DNA of 32,000 bases from Idiomarina loihiensis L2TR (GTDB lineage: Bacteria; Pseudomonadota; Gammaproteobacteria; Enterobacterales; Alteromonadaceae). The translations under genes and the position numbers were made by a program. Of the stretch, positions 8,668-18,105 are shown piece by piece. The notes under the pieces were generated by a model. The model had not been told where the DNA came from. It saw only the letters and a list, made by a program, of their open reading frames with translations, and searched no databases. Position 1 is the stretch's first letter. Each line of letters begins with the position of its first letter. Location: contig NC_006512.1 of NCBI RefSeq assembly GCF_000008465.1, positions 2,280,001-2,312,000 on the forward strand. The letters are read 5' to 3'.

Positions 8668-11600
8668 ATGTTGAGTATTGAAGTCACCGTTTTTGCTGCA
8701 ATTGCTTATTTAACGATTCTATTCAGCATTGCCTATCGCGGTGACCGCGGCGCATCAAACCGAGTAAGGCCTTATCGTTACTCATTAGCCCAAGGGGTGC
8801 ATTGTACTTCTTGGGCTTTTTTTGGAACCATCACTCAGTCTGCTTATTATGGCTGGGCTTTTGCGCCGACTTATGTTGGCGCTATTATCGTGTTTATTCT
8901 GCTCCACAGCTTACAGTTGAAACTTCTCAACTACTGTAAACACCAGAATATCACGTCAATCGCTGATCTTATTGGAACACGCTATGGCAAGTCTCCCGTG
9001 TTGGCTGGAGTTGTCGCTATTACAGCCTTTATTGCTGTGGTGCCGTATATTTCTCTACAACTCCGAGCGGTAACCTCAAGCTTTGCCACTGTTACGGGCT
9101 TTGATACTAACCCTTCATGGATATTTGACTTATCATTTCTGGTTGCCTTAACCATGATTGGTTTCGGGTTTCTCTTCGGTACACGTCGTTTGAGCCTGGC
9201 AGAACAACACTCCGGCTTAATGGATGCCATTGCTTTCGAATCTCTGGTGAAACTAGCGGCTTTCATTATTGTGGGTTTATTCGCCAGCTATACTGTGTTT
9301 GATGGCCTGGCAGACCTTTTTCAAAAAAGCTTCGAAACACAGCATACTCAAGACGTTTTAGCAGGACGAGAATACGGTGGTTATGTCTTCGCCGTGCACA
9401 TGTTATTGGGTGGCCTATCGATGTTTTCTCTACCACGTCAATTTCACGTTGGTTATGTCGAAAACACACATTCAGATGAATTGAAAACTGCCCGTTGGGC
9501 TTTTCCTTTATATCTCTTCGCGATTAACTTTTTTATATTACCTTTGTCTTTAAGCGCCTTACATCTGGCTCCGGAGCTAGCAAATCAAGATACTTTCATG
9601 CTGGTAATACCCTTGATGATGGATCGCCCGGATATAACCCTTATTGCTTTTATTGGTGGGTTATCAGCCGCCACTAGTATGGTTATTATTGCCTTACTGG
9701 CATTGAGTATTATGGTTTCAAACGATGTTGTCATGCCCATTTGGCTGCGTATGACCCGGCAGAAACTACGGCAATTCAGTTTCACCCCAACCCGAATCCT
9801 CTCCATTAGAAGGATGACGATGGTTGTGGTCATGTTTATGGCGTACTTATACTATCAAGCCACCATTGAATCTATGCCATTAGTGAATTCCGGTCTTTTA
9901 TCTCTAGCTTTATTAACCCAACTTACACCAGCGATACTCGCCACCGTATTATGGCGTAGTGCAACTCAAACCGGAGTATTAGTGGGACTGGTAGTTGGCA
10001 CTGCGCTCTGGGTCATACTATTACTCGTTCCATCTATTGGACTACAACCACAAGTTACCGATATAGATATTGCCAATGGCGTGCTGATAAGCCTGGGCGC
10101 AAACCTCATCTGCTTTTGGTTGTTTTCTTTAATTAGTAAGAACGTTCAGACTGACCTACAAAGCATTCAAAGCAGCGACGACTATGAACAGCAACCCAGC
10201 CTCACTTGGGCCCGGTTACGCTCACTCTTGTCCAGGTTTTATGACGACCGGCAATTAGCTGCTATTCAACGGCGTTTAAGAATGGATCTATTAACTCCGG
10301 AAGGTCAGTCTATGGTGCCAGCCCCTATGTTAGTGCGTATCGAACGCGAACTATCGGCTGTCATCGGAACTTCGGCCAGCCGCTTGTTACTGGATACCGT
10401 ATCTGAGCAACAAGAATTTCCAGTATCCCGTGTGGTTGACTGGGCCACAGAAGCTTCCAAACTCTATCAGTTTAATCGCGAACTGTTACAAGCTTCGGTA
10501 GAAAACATTCCGCAAGGTATCAGCGTCGTAGATCAAAAGCTCAGATTAGTCGCCTGGAATAGACGGTATCTGGAAATATTTGATTACCCCGATGGTTTAG
10601 TTCGTGCCGGTATGCCGGTTGAAGAACTATTGCGTTATAACGCCCGCCGCGGTCTGCTGAGTAACTCACAAAATACTGATGTAGAGGCAGAAATTCAAAA
10701 GCGTCTTAATTTTTTGCGTACTGGCAGTACCTATCATTATCAGCGTCAACAAGGTGAGTTAACTGTCGAACTGCAGGGAAGTCCAATGCCAGGTGGCGGC
10801 TTTGTTACAACCTACAGTGACATCACTGAGCGAGTGGAAGCACAAAGGCAGTTGCAAAAAATCAATCAGGAGCTTGAAGAACGAGTTGATGAACGCACAC
10901 AGCAACTATTGTCAGCTAAAGAAGCAGAAGAAAAAGCTCATGAAAGTAAATCTCGCTTTTTCGCAGCAGTCAGTCACGACTTAATGCAGCCGTTTAATGC
11001 CGCCAGTCTATTTTGTGAAATGCTGCAATCCCGATTACCTAACGAATATCTACCCTTAGCAGTCAATATTCAACGTTCTCTTGATCACGCCGAAGAGTTG
11101 CTCACCATGCTGCTCGATATGACAAAACTCGATGCGGGAAATCTGAAACCTGATTATCAGGAATTCTCTATTGATCAGGCGCTCTTACCCTTGGTTGAGC
11201 GTTATCAGGCTATGGCAAAAGAAAAACAACTGCGTTTTCACTACCACAAAAGTTCCGCTTTAGTAAAAACCGACAGGAAACTGCTCAACCGCATTATTCA
11301 AAATCTCCTTTCTAACGCTTTGCGTTATACTCAGCATGGCCGCATTGTCTTGGGCTTCCGCCGACACCAGCAACACTTAACAATATGCATTATCGATACC
11401 GGTTCAGGTATTCCTGAACATAAGCAAACAGAAATATTCCGAGAGTTTCATCAATTGCAGTCCAGCGGAGACAATCCAGGCCTAGGGCTTGGCCTTTCTA
11501 TTGTTGAGCGTATGTGCAGGCTGTTGAGAATTGACTTGAGTTTGTCCTCCACGCTGGATAAAGGAACTGCTTTCAGCCTAACTTTGCCTGTAATCGGCTG

Positions 11601-12015
11601 GCAAAAGGAACCTCAGCCAGTCGTTATAAAAAACGACTCAGTTGACGAAAAACTATTGAAAGATATGCGAGTTTTAGTCATTGATAACGATCCCGGTGTA
11701 TTAAAAGCAACCGCAGGTTTATTGACCGACTGGGGTGCCGAAACGATGACCGCAAGCAGCTTTGATCAAGCCAGGAAGCACCCACCCTGCGATCTTATTT
11801 TGGCCGACTATCATTTAGACAATGGTAATACAGGAATTGAATTAGTCGTTAGCATCAGAAAACTATGGAACAGCAATACGCCAGCTATCATCAACTCAGC
11901 TGACCCCGATGAGCTATTACGGGAGCAAGCATTAGAGGCCAATGCTTACTTTATTCCCAAACCCCTGAAAAGTGGAGCTCTCAAACGGTTACTCAAGCGT
12001 ATCCGGCGTATCTAG
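8668..12015 (+). CDS. crbS: hybrid sensor histidine kinase with N-terminal sodium:solute-symporter (SSS/SLC5) domain, STAC-like linker, PAS, HisKA, HATPase and receiver (CrbS/MxtR architecture)
   Basis: 1115 aa. About 490 aa of polytopic SSS-like membrane domain is followed by a linker (LTWARLRSLLSRFYDDRQLAAIQRRL...), a PAS domain (VENIPQGISVVDQKLRLVAWNRRYLEIFDYP), the H-box FFAAVSHDLMQP, N/G boxes (NLLSNALRYT, DTGSGIP, GLGLGLSIV) and a C-terminal REC domain (VLVIDND...LILADYHLD...KP). The symbol is assigned from domain architecture plus the LuxR-type partner, not from a database hit. Confidence 0.8.
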   Translation: MLSIEVTVFAAIAYLTILFSIAYRGDRGASNRVRPYRYSLAQGVHCTSWAFFGTITQSAYYGWAFAPTYVGAIIVFILLHSLQLKLLNYCKHQNITSIADLIGTRYGKSPVLAGVVAITAFIAVVPYISLQLRAVTSSFATVTGFDTNPSWIFDLSFLVALTMIGFGFLFGTRRLSLAEQHSGLMDAIAFESLVKLAAFIIVGLFASYTVFDGLADLFQKSFETQHTQDVLAGREYGGYVFAVHMLLGGLSMFSLPRQFHVGYVENTHSDELKTARWAFPLYLFAINFFILPLSLSALHLAPELANQDTFMLVIPLMMDRPDITLIAFIGGLSAATSMVIIALLALSIMVSNDVVMPIWLRMTRQKLRQFSFTPTRILSIRRMTMVVVMFMAYLYYQATIESMPLVNSGLLSLALLTQLTPAILATVLWRSATQTGVLVGLVVGTALWVILLLVPSIGLQPQVTDIDIANGVLISLGANLICFWLFSLISKNVQTDLQSIQSSDDYEQQPSLTWARLRSLLSRFYDDRQLAAIQRRLRMDLLTPEGQSMVPAPMLVRIERELSAVIGTSASRLLLDTVSEQQEFPVSRVVDWATEASKLYQFNRELLQASVENIPQGISVVDQKLRLVAWNRRYLEIFDYPDGLVRAGMPVEELLRYNARRGLLSNSQNTDVEAEIQKRLNFLRTGSTYHYQRQQGELTVELQGSPMPGGGFVTTYSDITERVEAQRQLQKINQELEERVDERTQQLLSAKEAEEKAHESKSRFFAAVSHDLMQPFNAASLFCEMLQSRLPNEYLPLAVNIQRSLDHAEELLTMLLDMTKLDAGNLKPDYQEFSIDQALLPLVERYQAMAKEKQLRFHYHKSSALVKTDRKLLNRIIQNLLSNALRYTQHGRIVLGFRRHQQHLTICIIDTGSGIPEHKQTEIFREFHQLQSSGDNPGLGLGLSIVERMCRLLRIDLSLSSTLDKGTAFSLTLPVIGWQKEPQPVVIKNDSVDEKLLKDMRVLVIDNDPGVLKATAGLLTDWGAETMTASSFDQARKHPPCDLILADYHLDNGNTGIELVVSIRKLWNSNTPAIINSADPDELLREQALEANAYFIPKPLKSGALKRLLKRIRRI

Positions 12016-12639
12016 CATTTGACGAAAAAGAATACCCGCCTGAGTGCGGTTAACGCATTTAAGTTTACGTAAGATAGCCGATGCATGTTGCTTAATCGTC
12101 GTTTCCTGAACTCCAAGCTCATAAGCTATTTGCTTGTTCAACAAGCCGTCTGCGATACATTGTAAAACTTTAAACTGCTGCGGCGTCAATTGCTCTAGCT
12201 TATTGGCGAAGTCGCTCATTTCAACATCTGGCTCGGTTAAACTTACGGTACGCATAGATTCCGGTAACCAGTTATCTCCCGATAAAACGGTCGTCACTGC
12301 CGTTTGCCATTCAGGCAATGGAACCGATTTGGGGATATAGCCGCTGGCTCCCAGTGCCATAGCTTGACGTATGACTCGGGTATCTTCGTTAGCAGAAACA
12401 ATAACAACCAGAATATCAGGGAATTGACTTCGTAAAACGCTAAGGCCAGTTAATCCCCGGTTGCCAGGCATAGAGAGATCGAGGAAAACCAATTCAATTT
12501 GAGGAAATTGTTGCAGTTGCTGCTCTAGCTGGGAGAAACTAGATGCTTCAATAATATCACTTTCTAAACTCTCACTTAGAGCCTGTTTCATTGCTGCCCT
12601 GAAAAGTGGGTGGTCGTCAGCGATAATTGCTCTGGCCAT
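11989..12639 (-). CDS. crbR: LuxR/FixJ-family response regulator (REC + LuxR HTH), CrbR/ErdR-like
   Basis: REC domain (AIIADDHPLFR, FLDLSMPG, YIPK) and LuxR HTH (LTPQQFKVLQCIADGLLNKQIAYELGVQETTIKQHASAILRKL). I prefer the ATG at 12639 (AGGAAG just upstream; homologues start near M-x-x-IIADDHP) over the track start at 12675. The 3' end overlaps crbS by 27 nt. Confidence 0.8.
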   Translation of the reverse strand: MARAIIADDHPLFRAAMKQALSESLESDIIEASSFSQLEQQLQQFPQIELVFLDLSMPGNRGLTGLSVLRSQFPDILVVIVSANEDTRVIRQAMALGASGYIPKSVPLPEWQTAVTTVLSGDNWLPESMRTVSLTEPDVEMSDFANKLEQLTPQQFKVLQCIADGLLNKQIAYELGVQETTIKQHASAILRKLKCVNRTQAGILFRQMLDTPDTLE

Positions 12640-12690
12640 ACTTCCTGCCGCGGTTAATTGATGTCTCATAACCATGCTATCGACTTAAGC

Positions 12691-12730
12691 AAAAAAAGCC
12701 AGCGTTACCGGTCAATCTAGTAACGCCGGC
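12691..12730 (-). terminator. Rho-independent terminator after the TonB-dependent receptor gene
   Basis: On the minus strand: GCCGGCGTTAC - 11-nt loop - GTAACGCTGGC (11-bp stem, one G-U) followed by TTTTTTT. It starts 8 nt after the stop codon. Confidence 0.75.
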
Positions 12731-12737
12731 AAGGCAG

Positions 12738-14945
12738 TTAGAAACGATAACCGACTGAAAGCGATACGGTACGCGGATTACCGTAATACCCCGTCACAAT
12801 ATTTTCTCCAAAGGTCGAGCCAAAGTTATACCCTGATAAACGGTACTCTTTATCAAATACATTTTTTGCATGGAGACCAACCGTCCAGTTCGACGAACTT
12901 GAATACCACACTAGACTGGTGTTCACTAATGAATAAGATTCTTCATCTAATGGGGAAGGCTCTTCAAATATTTGAGTTTCATCACGATAGGATACAGCGC
13001 CTGACCAAACAAGCGCTCCACCTGACAACATGAATTCCTGATTAAAGCCCAGATTAGCGGTTAGCTCCGGAGTATTGGGAAATGACCAACGGTTTGAAAC
13101 ATCTTCAACCTGCTGAGTGTTTGGATTAAAGAATGCCACTTCATCGAACTCGGCGTTGATGTAGCCAACGGACCCAGTAAAGTTCAGCGTTGATGTTGCA
13201 GCAAAACTACCTTCAAACTCAACCCCTTTCACAGTTGAATCCGCTGCATTCAATACCTGTGAAGCCACACCATTAGAAACCGCGCGCTGTACCGTAACTT
13301 GCATATCCTGATAATCGGAATAGAAAGTCGAAGCGTTTAACCTTAAACGCCCATCAAGTAATTCACTTTTGACTCCAAGCTCGAAGGTATCAACAACTTC
13401 GGGGTCATAGGGGTTCTCAGCATCCGGGTTTAGTGATACATCAGCACGCATATCGACTCCACCCGATTTGAAGCCATTGCTGTAACTTGCATAAAACATC
13501 AAGTTTGGATCCATTTGATAACGGATACTGGCGTGCGGAGAGAACTTGCTCCAGTCGGCTTTTGTACTGAAATCTGAATTCACGGCAATGGGATCAGCTG
13601 AGTAATCGCCCCGATCTAAAAATTTAACCCCTGCATAGGTGTAACGGAAAACATCGGCATCTTTCTCATCTCGAGTATAGCGTCCGCCCAGGGTCAAAGC
13701 CCAATGATCATCTATTTGGTAAGTTCCCTGACCGAATAAAGCCGCACTTGAGGTATCAACGCAACCGCCGTTATCAATAGTTAAGTTCAGTAAGCCGAGT
13801 ACGGTACCAAAAACTCCGCAAGCTTCGCCTTCATAGAAGTACAGACCACTGATAAAGTTGAATCGGGCGCTGCTGTAGTTAAGTTGAAACTCCTGCGTGG
13901 TCTGCTCATCTTCATAAACAGCAGGTACCAGCAGAACCGGATTCACCGTAGAATCAAAATCAATATTCGTGTCGGTATTACCTTCCCGATACGCCGTTAC
14001 CGATTTAAATGCCCAGGCATTATCAATATCCCAGTCGACAGTTACTGAGTACCCTTCGGTTTCAACGCTGTTGTCGGTTGGCATTGCAGTGTAAGAATCA
14101 AACACATCGTCCAATGCAGGCTCTGTGCTTAATAGGCTCGGTTGTAAGCGATGACCACCTCTTGCATTCGAATCATCCTGCGTCCAGTCTGCCGCAAACT
14201 TCACGGAAACATCTTTGGAAGCCAGCCATTTAGCATTAATACGCCCAGTCATTAACTCTTTATTATAGTTTTCAGCACCGGTATTAACGAACTCACCAAA
14301 ACCATCACGATTAAGAGTCGCAAATGCACCACCAATATAGAAGTTATCTGCTAAGGCTGTTTGCCCCGATACTTTCAAATCGCGCTGATTATGAGTACCG
14401 ACCGTGCCTTTAACCTCAAATTCGTTGTAGCCCGTGAGCTCTCTGGTCACGTACTTCATGGCTCCGCCAATGGTATTTTTACCATATAAGGTGCCCTGAG
14501 GGCCTCGCAGAACCTCCACACGCTGTACATCCAGAACTTCTAATACAGCGCCCTGTGGACGGGCAACATATACATCGTCGATATAGATGCCAACGCCCGG
14601 TTCAAAGCCCCAAAGGGGATCTTGCTGACCAATACCGCGAATATAAGCGGTTAACGTAGAGTTAGTACCCCGGCTTACCTGAAAAGTGGTGTTCGGCATT
14701 TTGAACTGAAGCTCAGTAATGTCTTCAATTCCCCCCTGTTCCAGCTCTTTTTCGCCAAAAGCACTGACTGAAACCGGCACTTCCTGCAAACTTTCGGTGG
14801 TGCGGCGTGCAGTGACTTCAATTCGTTCTAACTTACTATCATCAGCTGTCGCGTTGTCATTTTGTTGCGCCAAAGCAGCAGGAGTTGCCAGAAAAGTGGT
14901 TACCGCTACTGCAATCAGTGATTTCTGAAAGTTGGGTTGTTTCAT
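12738..14945 (-). CDS. TonB-dependent outer-membrane receptor
   Basis: 735 aa with a signal peptide (...ATPAALA/QQ) and a plug domain with a TonB-box-like IEVTARR. It has YIRGIGQ and VEVLRGPQGTLYGKNTIGGA motifs, a long beta-barrel, and a terminal ...VGYRF aromatic residue. Confidence 0.9.
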   Translation of the reverse strand: MKQPNFQKSLIAVAVTTFLATPAALAQQNDNATADDSKLERIEVTARRTTESLQEVPVSVSAFGEKELEQGGIEDITELQFKMPNTTFQVSRGTNSTLTAYIRGIGQQDPLWGFEPGVGIYIDDVYVARPQGAVLEVLDVQRVEVLRGPQGTLYGKNTIGGAMKYVTRELTGYNEFEVKGTVGTHNQRDLKVSGQTALADNFYIGGAFATLNRDGFGEFVNTGAENYNKELMTGRINAKWLASKDVSVKFAADWTQDDSNARGGHRLQPSLLSTEPALDDVFDSYTAMPTDNSVETEGYSVTVDWDIDNAWAFKSVTAYREGNTDTNIDFDSTVNPVLLVPAVYEDEQTTQEFQLNYSSARFNFISGLYFYEGEACGVFGTVLGLLNLTIDNGGCVDTSSAALFGQGTYQIDDHWALTLGGRYTRDEKDADVFRYTYAGVKFLDRGDYSADPIAVNSDFSTKADWSKFSPHASIRYQMDPNLMFYASYSNGFKSGGVDMRADVSLNPDAENPYDPEVVDTFELGVKSELLDGRLRLNASTFYSDYQDMQVTVQRAVSNGVASQVLNAADSTVKGVEFEGSFAATSTLNFTGSVGYINAEFDEVAFFNPNTQQVEDVSNRWSFPNTPELTANLGFNQEFMLSGGALVWSGAVSYRDETQIFEEPSPLDEESYSLVNTSLVWYSSSSNWTVGLHAKNVFDKEYRLSGYNFGSTFGENIVTGYYGNPRTVSLSVGYRF

Positions 14946-15160
14946 TGTTGTTCCCCTGACAAGTTATGTCATTTGTATTTGTTATTTCCGTTTACAGCAA
15001 TTTAACGGTTCAGAGTCATGGTTGCTTAATAACCTAGCGCAAATTGTTAAGATTGTGATCTGTACCATAGTACTATAGGGACAAATTCCTTTATCACGCA
15101 CAATACATCCATGCAGCGATTCAGAGCATGGCCCGTTTTCTTTTCGTTGCGAGGTAACTC
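14946..15160. promoter_or_regulatory. divergent promoter/operator region between the TonB-dependent receptor gene and the permease operon
   Basis: 215-bp non-coding spacer between divergent starts. It contains a perfect 10-bp palindrome ATAGTACTAT (15067..15076) and ATTGT direct repeats (15043..15047, 15052..15056). GAGG lies before the 15161 ATG and GGGGAA before the 14945 ATG. No promoter hexamers could be assigned confidently. Confidence 0.45.
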
Positions 15161-16453
15161 ATGTTAAGTATGATTGGTTTGGTTGGCGGCCTTGTGTTGC
15201 TTATCGTACTCACTTTAAGAGGGATGAACCTGTTTATCAGTGCCCCTCTATGCGCTGTTATAGTCGCTTTATGCAGCGGCGTTCCATTACTCACAGGTGA
15301 TGTGAATTTTGTCAGTGCCTACATGGACGGCTTTGCCAGCTTTGTCGCCGCTTGGTTTTTTATGTTTTTACTCGGCTCAATGTTTGGCAAATTTATGGAG
15401 GATACCGGCGCTGCCGACAGTGTCGCCCGTTGGATCATCAACAAGCTAGGCCGTAAACAGGCAGTACTCGCGGTCGTTCTTGCTTGCGCCATTTTAACCT
15501 ATGGTGGTGTCAGCGTTTTCGTTGTCGCGTTTTCGGTTTACCCAATGGCACTTAGCTTATTTAAAGACGCTAACCTACCTCGTCGTTTCATTCCGGCGGC
15601 GCTGGCTTTTGGCTCCGTCACGTTTACCATGACTTCAGCCGGTTCACCGGAAATCCAGAACTGGATCCCCGTAAAATACCTCGGCACTTCGCCTTATGCG
15701 GCCTGGGAAGTCAGTTTGGTGGTCGCAGTATTAATGGCAACCTTTGGCTACTGGTGGTTAAGAAAGATTATTAACCGCGCCATAGCTAATGGTGAGAAGT
15801 TTGAAGCACGTGAAGGCGACCCGATATTGCTGGAGCGGAAATTGCCCTCACCCATTAGTGGCTTAATTCCACTGTTAGTTGTTCTGGGGCTCTCTTTTAC
15901 CTTTCACGACACCTTGCAACAAAACGCCCTGATAGTCGCTTTGCTGGGCGGTGTAATTGCTATTGCCGTTATTAACTTTAAGCATTTTCACAAACCCCAA
16001 ACCGCCATTCATGAAGCTACCACAGGGGCTTTAGTGGCTATTGGTAATACCGCGGCAGTGGTTGGCTTTGGCAGTATCGCCAAGATTACGCCTGCCTTTG
16101 ATGCCGCCGTTACTGCCATGACCAGCTTGCCAGGCAATGAGTTGGTCGGCGCAGCGGTTGCAGTGAGCGTTATTGCTGGGTTAACCGGTTCGGCATCCGG
16201 TGGTCAGGCAATCGCCTTACCTGAAGTCGGTCCGCATTATATGGCCGCAGGCGTTAACCCCGAACAACTGCACCGCATTGTCTCGATCTCCTCAGGAGCG
16301 CTCGACTCGCTGCCCCACAATGGCTACGTAGTTACCACTATTCGCGCTATTTGTAACGAGAAACACAGTGCCGCTTATTGGGCTGTCGCAGCCGTAACCG
16401 TTGTTGTGCCGTTAATGGGCCTCGCCGTGGCCATTGGCTTATTCATGTTGTAA
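15161..16453 (+). CDS. GntP-family carboxylate permease (hydroxy-acid / gluconate:H+ symporter superfamily)
   Basis: 430 aa, polytopic. The N-terminal pattern (short hydrophobic helix, RGMN.F...) and the central amphipathic break (LRKIINRAIANGEKFEAREGDP) are typical of GntP-type permeases, as is the C-terminal SGALDSLPHNGYV. The substrate is not inferable. Confidence 0.7.
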   Translation: MLSMIGLVGGLVLLIVLTLRGMNLFISAPLCAVIVALCSGVPLLTGDVNFVSAYMDGFASFVAAWFFMFLLGSMFGKFMEDTGAADSVARWIINKLGRKQAVLAVVLACAILTYGGVSVFVVAFSVYPMALSLFKDANLPRRFIPAALAFGSVTFTMTSAGSPEIQNWIPVKYLGTSPYAAWEVSLVVAVLMATFGYWWLRKIINRAIANGEKFEAREGDPILLERKLPSPISGLIPLLVVLGLSFTFHDTLQQNALIVALLGGVIAIAVINFKHFHKPQTAIHEATTGALVAIGNTAAVVGFGSIAKITPAFDAAVTAMTSLPGNELVGAAVAVSVIAGLTGSASGGQAIALPEVGPHYMAAGVNPEQLHRIVSISSGALDSLPHNGYVVTTIRAICNEKHSAAYWAVAAVTVVVPLMGLAVAIGLFML

Positions 16454-16476
16454 CCCAGCAGTAAGGGAAGGTAACC

Positions 16477-18105
16477 ATGTTAGGAAATATGATGAAGCGG
16501 CCACTGCAAATTATCGATTTACTGAAATTTGCAGCAAACCGCCACCCTCGGCAAGAAATTGTCACCCGACGGCTGGAGGGTGACATTCACCGCTACTCTT
16601 ATGCCGAATGCTGGCAACGAAGCGGACAATTAGCCCACGCATTACAAAAGCTGGGGGTACAACCCGGCGAGCGTGTTGCCAGTCTGGCCTGGAACACCTA
16701 CCGTCACATGGAGCTTTATTATGCCGTAAGTGGCAGCGGCGCGGTCATGCATACCGTAAACCCTCGCTTATTCGGCGAGCAAATTGCGTGGATTCTGAAC
16801 CATGCAGAGAGCGGCTGGGTATTTGTCGACCTAAGTTTTGTCGAGCTACTCGAGTCCATTGAAGACAAGCTGCCCGGGGTAAAAGGCTTTGTAGTGATGA
16901 CCGACAAAAATCACATGCCGAATACCAAGCTTAAGAATGTGCTTTGTTATGAAGAACTTCTGGAATCAGAACCTAAAGACTATGACTGGCCAGACGTTGA
17001 TGAAAACAGCGCGGCGCTGCTTTGTTATACCTCGGGCACTACGGGCAACCCCAAAGGCGTACTGGCCTCACACCGAGCTATGGTGCTACACGCCCAGGCA
17101 ACCGTCAGTGCCGACATGCTCGACCTACGCAGCGATACCGTACTGATGCCTATGGTTACTATGTATCACGTAGCCGCCTGGGGGGCGCCCTACGCCGGTC
17201 CTTTATCCGGTTGTAAGTTAGTGTTCACTGGCGACGGTACCTCGGGTGAGGCAATGGCTGAGATGATACGCACAGAAAATGTCACTGTGGGTTTAGGTGT
17301 ACCGACCATTTGGCTCACTTTGCACAATTATCTCAGTGAAAACTCACTGGATATTCCATCGCTGCAACGTGTTTGCGTTGGTGGTGCCGCTTCACCTATG
17401 GGGCTGGTAAAAACCTACGACCAGGAATATAACGTTTACTGGCAACCCATTTGGGGTATGACGGAAACCGGGCCTTTGGTTCATTCGGTGCCACCGCAGG
17501 CCGACGTCACTCACCGCCCTAAAGAAGAGCAATACAAGCTACAAACCACAGCCGGACGTCCAGTTTTCGGTATCGAACACCGCATTGTTGATGCCGAAGA
17601 CACCCCTTTGCCAAACGACGGTGAAACCCGCGGGGAACTGCAAGTTCGTGGACACTGGATAGCCTCGCAGTACTTTCGTAATGACGATTTAAGTAGCTTT
17701 CCCGACGGTTGGTTAGCTACAGGTGACATTGCTGTTATCGACCCAGAAGGCTTTATGAAAGTAGTCGACCGTAAAAAAGATGTGATTAAAAGCGGTGGCG
17801 AGTGGATAAGTTCTCTAGATATAGAGAACTTTGTCAGCCAGCACCAGGCCGTTAATGAGTCCTGCGTTATTGGTGTAAAACACCCTAAGTGGGATGAACG
17901 CCCTCTGCTGCTGGTTGTACTGAATAAAGGCGAAAGTTTATCGAAAGAGGACATTAAAAACTTTTTAGATGGAAAAATTGCACGCTGGTGGATGCCGGAC
18001 GACGTGGTGTTCGTTGACGAACTGCCACACACCGGAACTGGCAAGCTAATAAAAAATACATTACGTGAGCAATACCAGAATTACTTACAGGAGAATGAAT
18101 TATGA
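16477..18105 (+). CDS. acyl-CoA (fatty-acid/medium-chain carboxylate)--CoA ligase, AMP-binding superfamily
   Basis: 542 aa with the AMP-binding signature YTSGTTGNPKGV, plus GMTE, TGDIAVIDPEGFMKVVDRKKDVIKSGGEWISS and a C-terminal GKLIK lysine. It is too short and too dissimilar to be Acs. Confidence 0.85.
   Translation: MLGNMMKRPLQIIDLLKFAANRHPRQEIVTRRLEGDIHRYSYAECWQRSGQLAHALQKLGVQPGERVASLAWNTYRHMELYYAVSGSGAVMHTVNPRLFGEQIAWILNHAESGWVFVDLSFVELLESIEDKLPGVKGFVVMTDKNHMPNTKLKNVLCYEELLESEPKDYDWPDVDENSAALLCYTSGTTGNPKGVLASHRAMVLHAQATVSADMLDLRSDTVLMPMVTMYHVAAWGAPYAGPLSGCKLVFTGDGTSGEAMAEMIRTENVTVGLGVPTIWLTLHNYLSENSLDIPSLQRVCVGGAASPMGLVKTYDQEYNVYWQPIWGMTETGPLVHSVPPQADVTHRPKEEQYKLQTTAGRPVFGIEHRIVDAEDTPLPNDGETRGELQVRGHWIASQYFRNDDLSSFPDGWLATGDIAVIDPEGFMKVVDRKKDVIKSGGEWISSLDIENFVSQHQAVNESCVIGVKHPKWDERPLLLVVLNKGESLSKEDIKNFLDGKIARWWMPDDVVFVDELPHTGTGKLIKNTLREQYQNYLQENEL

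Noticed and set aside
14966-15037. 23-codon mini-ORF (MSFVFVISVYSNLTVQSHGCLIT) in the receptor/permease spacer, considered as a leader peptide
   Set aside because: There is no SD, no attenuator-like alternative hairpins around it, and no regulatory codon run.
15055-15076. TGTGATCTGTACCATAG as a CRP site
   Set aside because: Only the left TGTGA half matches, and the right half (CCATA) is far from TCACA. I kept only the 10-bp palindrome as an observation.
15128-15150. TGGCCC...TTGC looked like a possible sigma-54 promoter upstream of the permease operon
   Set aside because: The GG-N10-GC spacing is not satisfied and TGGCCC deviates from TGGCAC.
14946-15160. Fur box upstream of the TonB-dependent receptor (iron-regulated siderophore receptor idea)
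   Set aside because: No GATAATGATAATCATTATC-like 19-mer was visible. The receptor also has the non-siderophore YIRGIGQ-type plug pattern.
17511-18044. 177-aa minus-strand ORF (similar cases at 26592..27125, 18159..18569 and 8982..9266)
   Set aside because: These are antisense to well-supported genes. They have Ser/Pro/Arg-rich low-complexity translations and no ribosome-binding sites.
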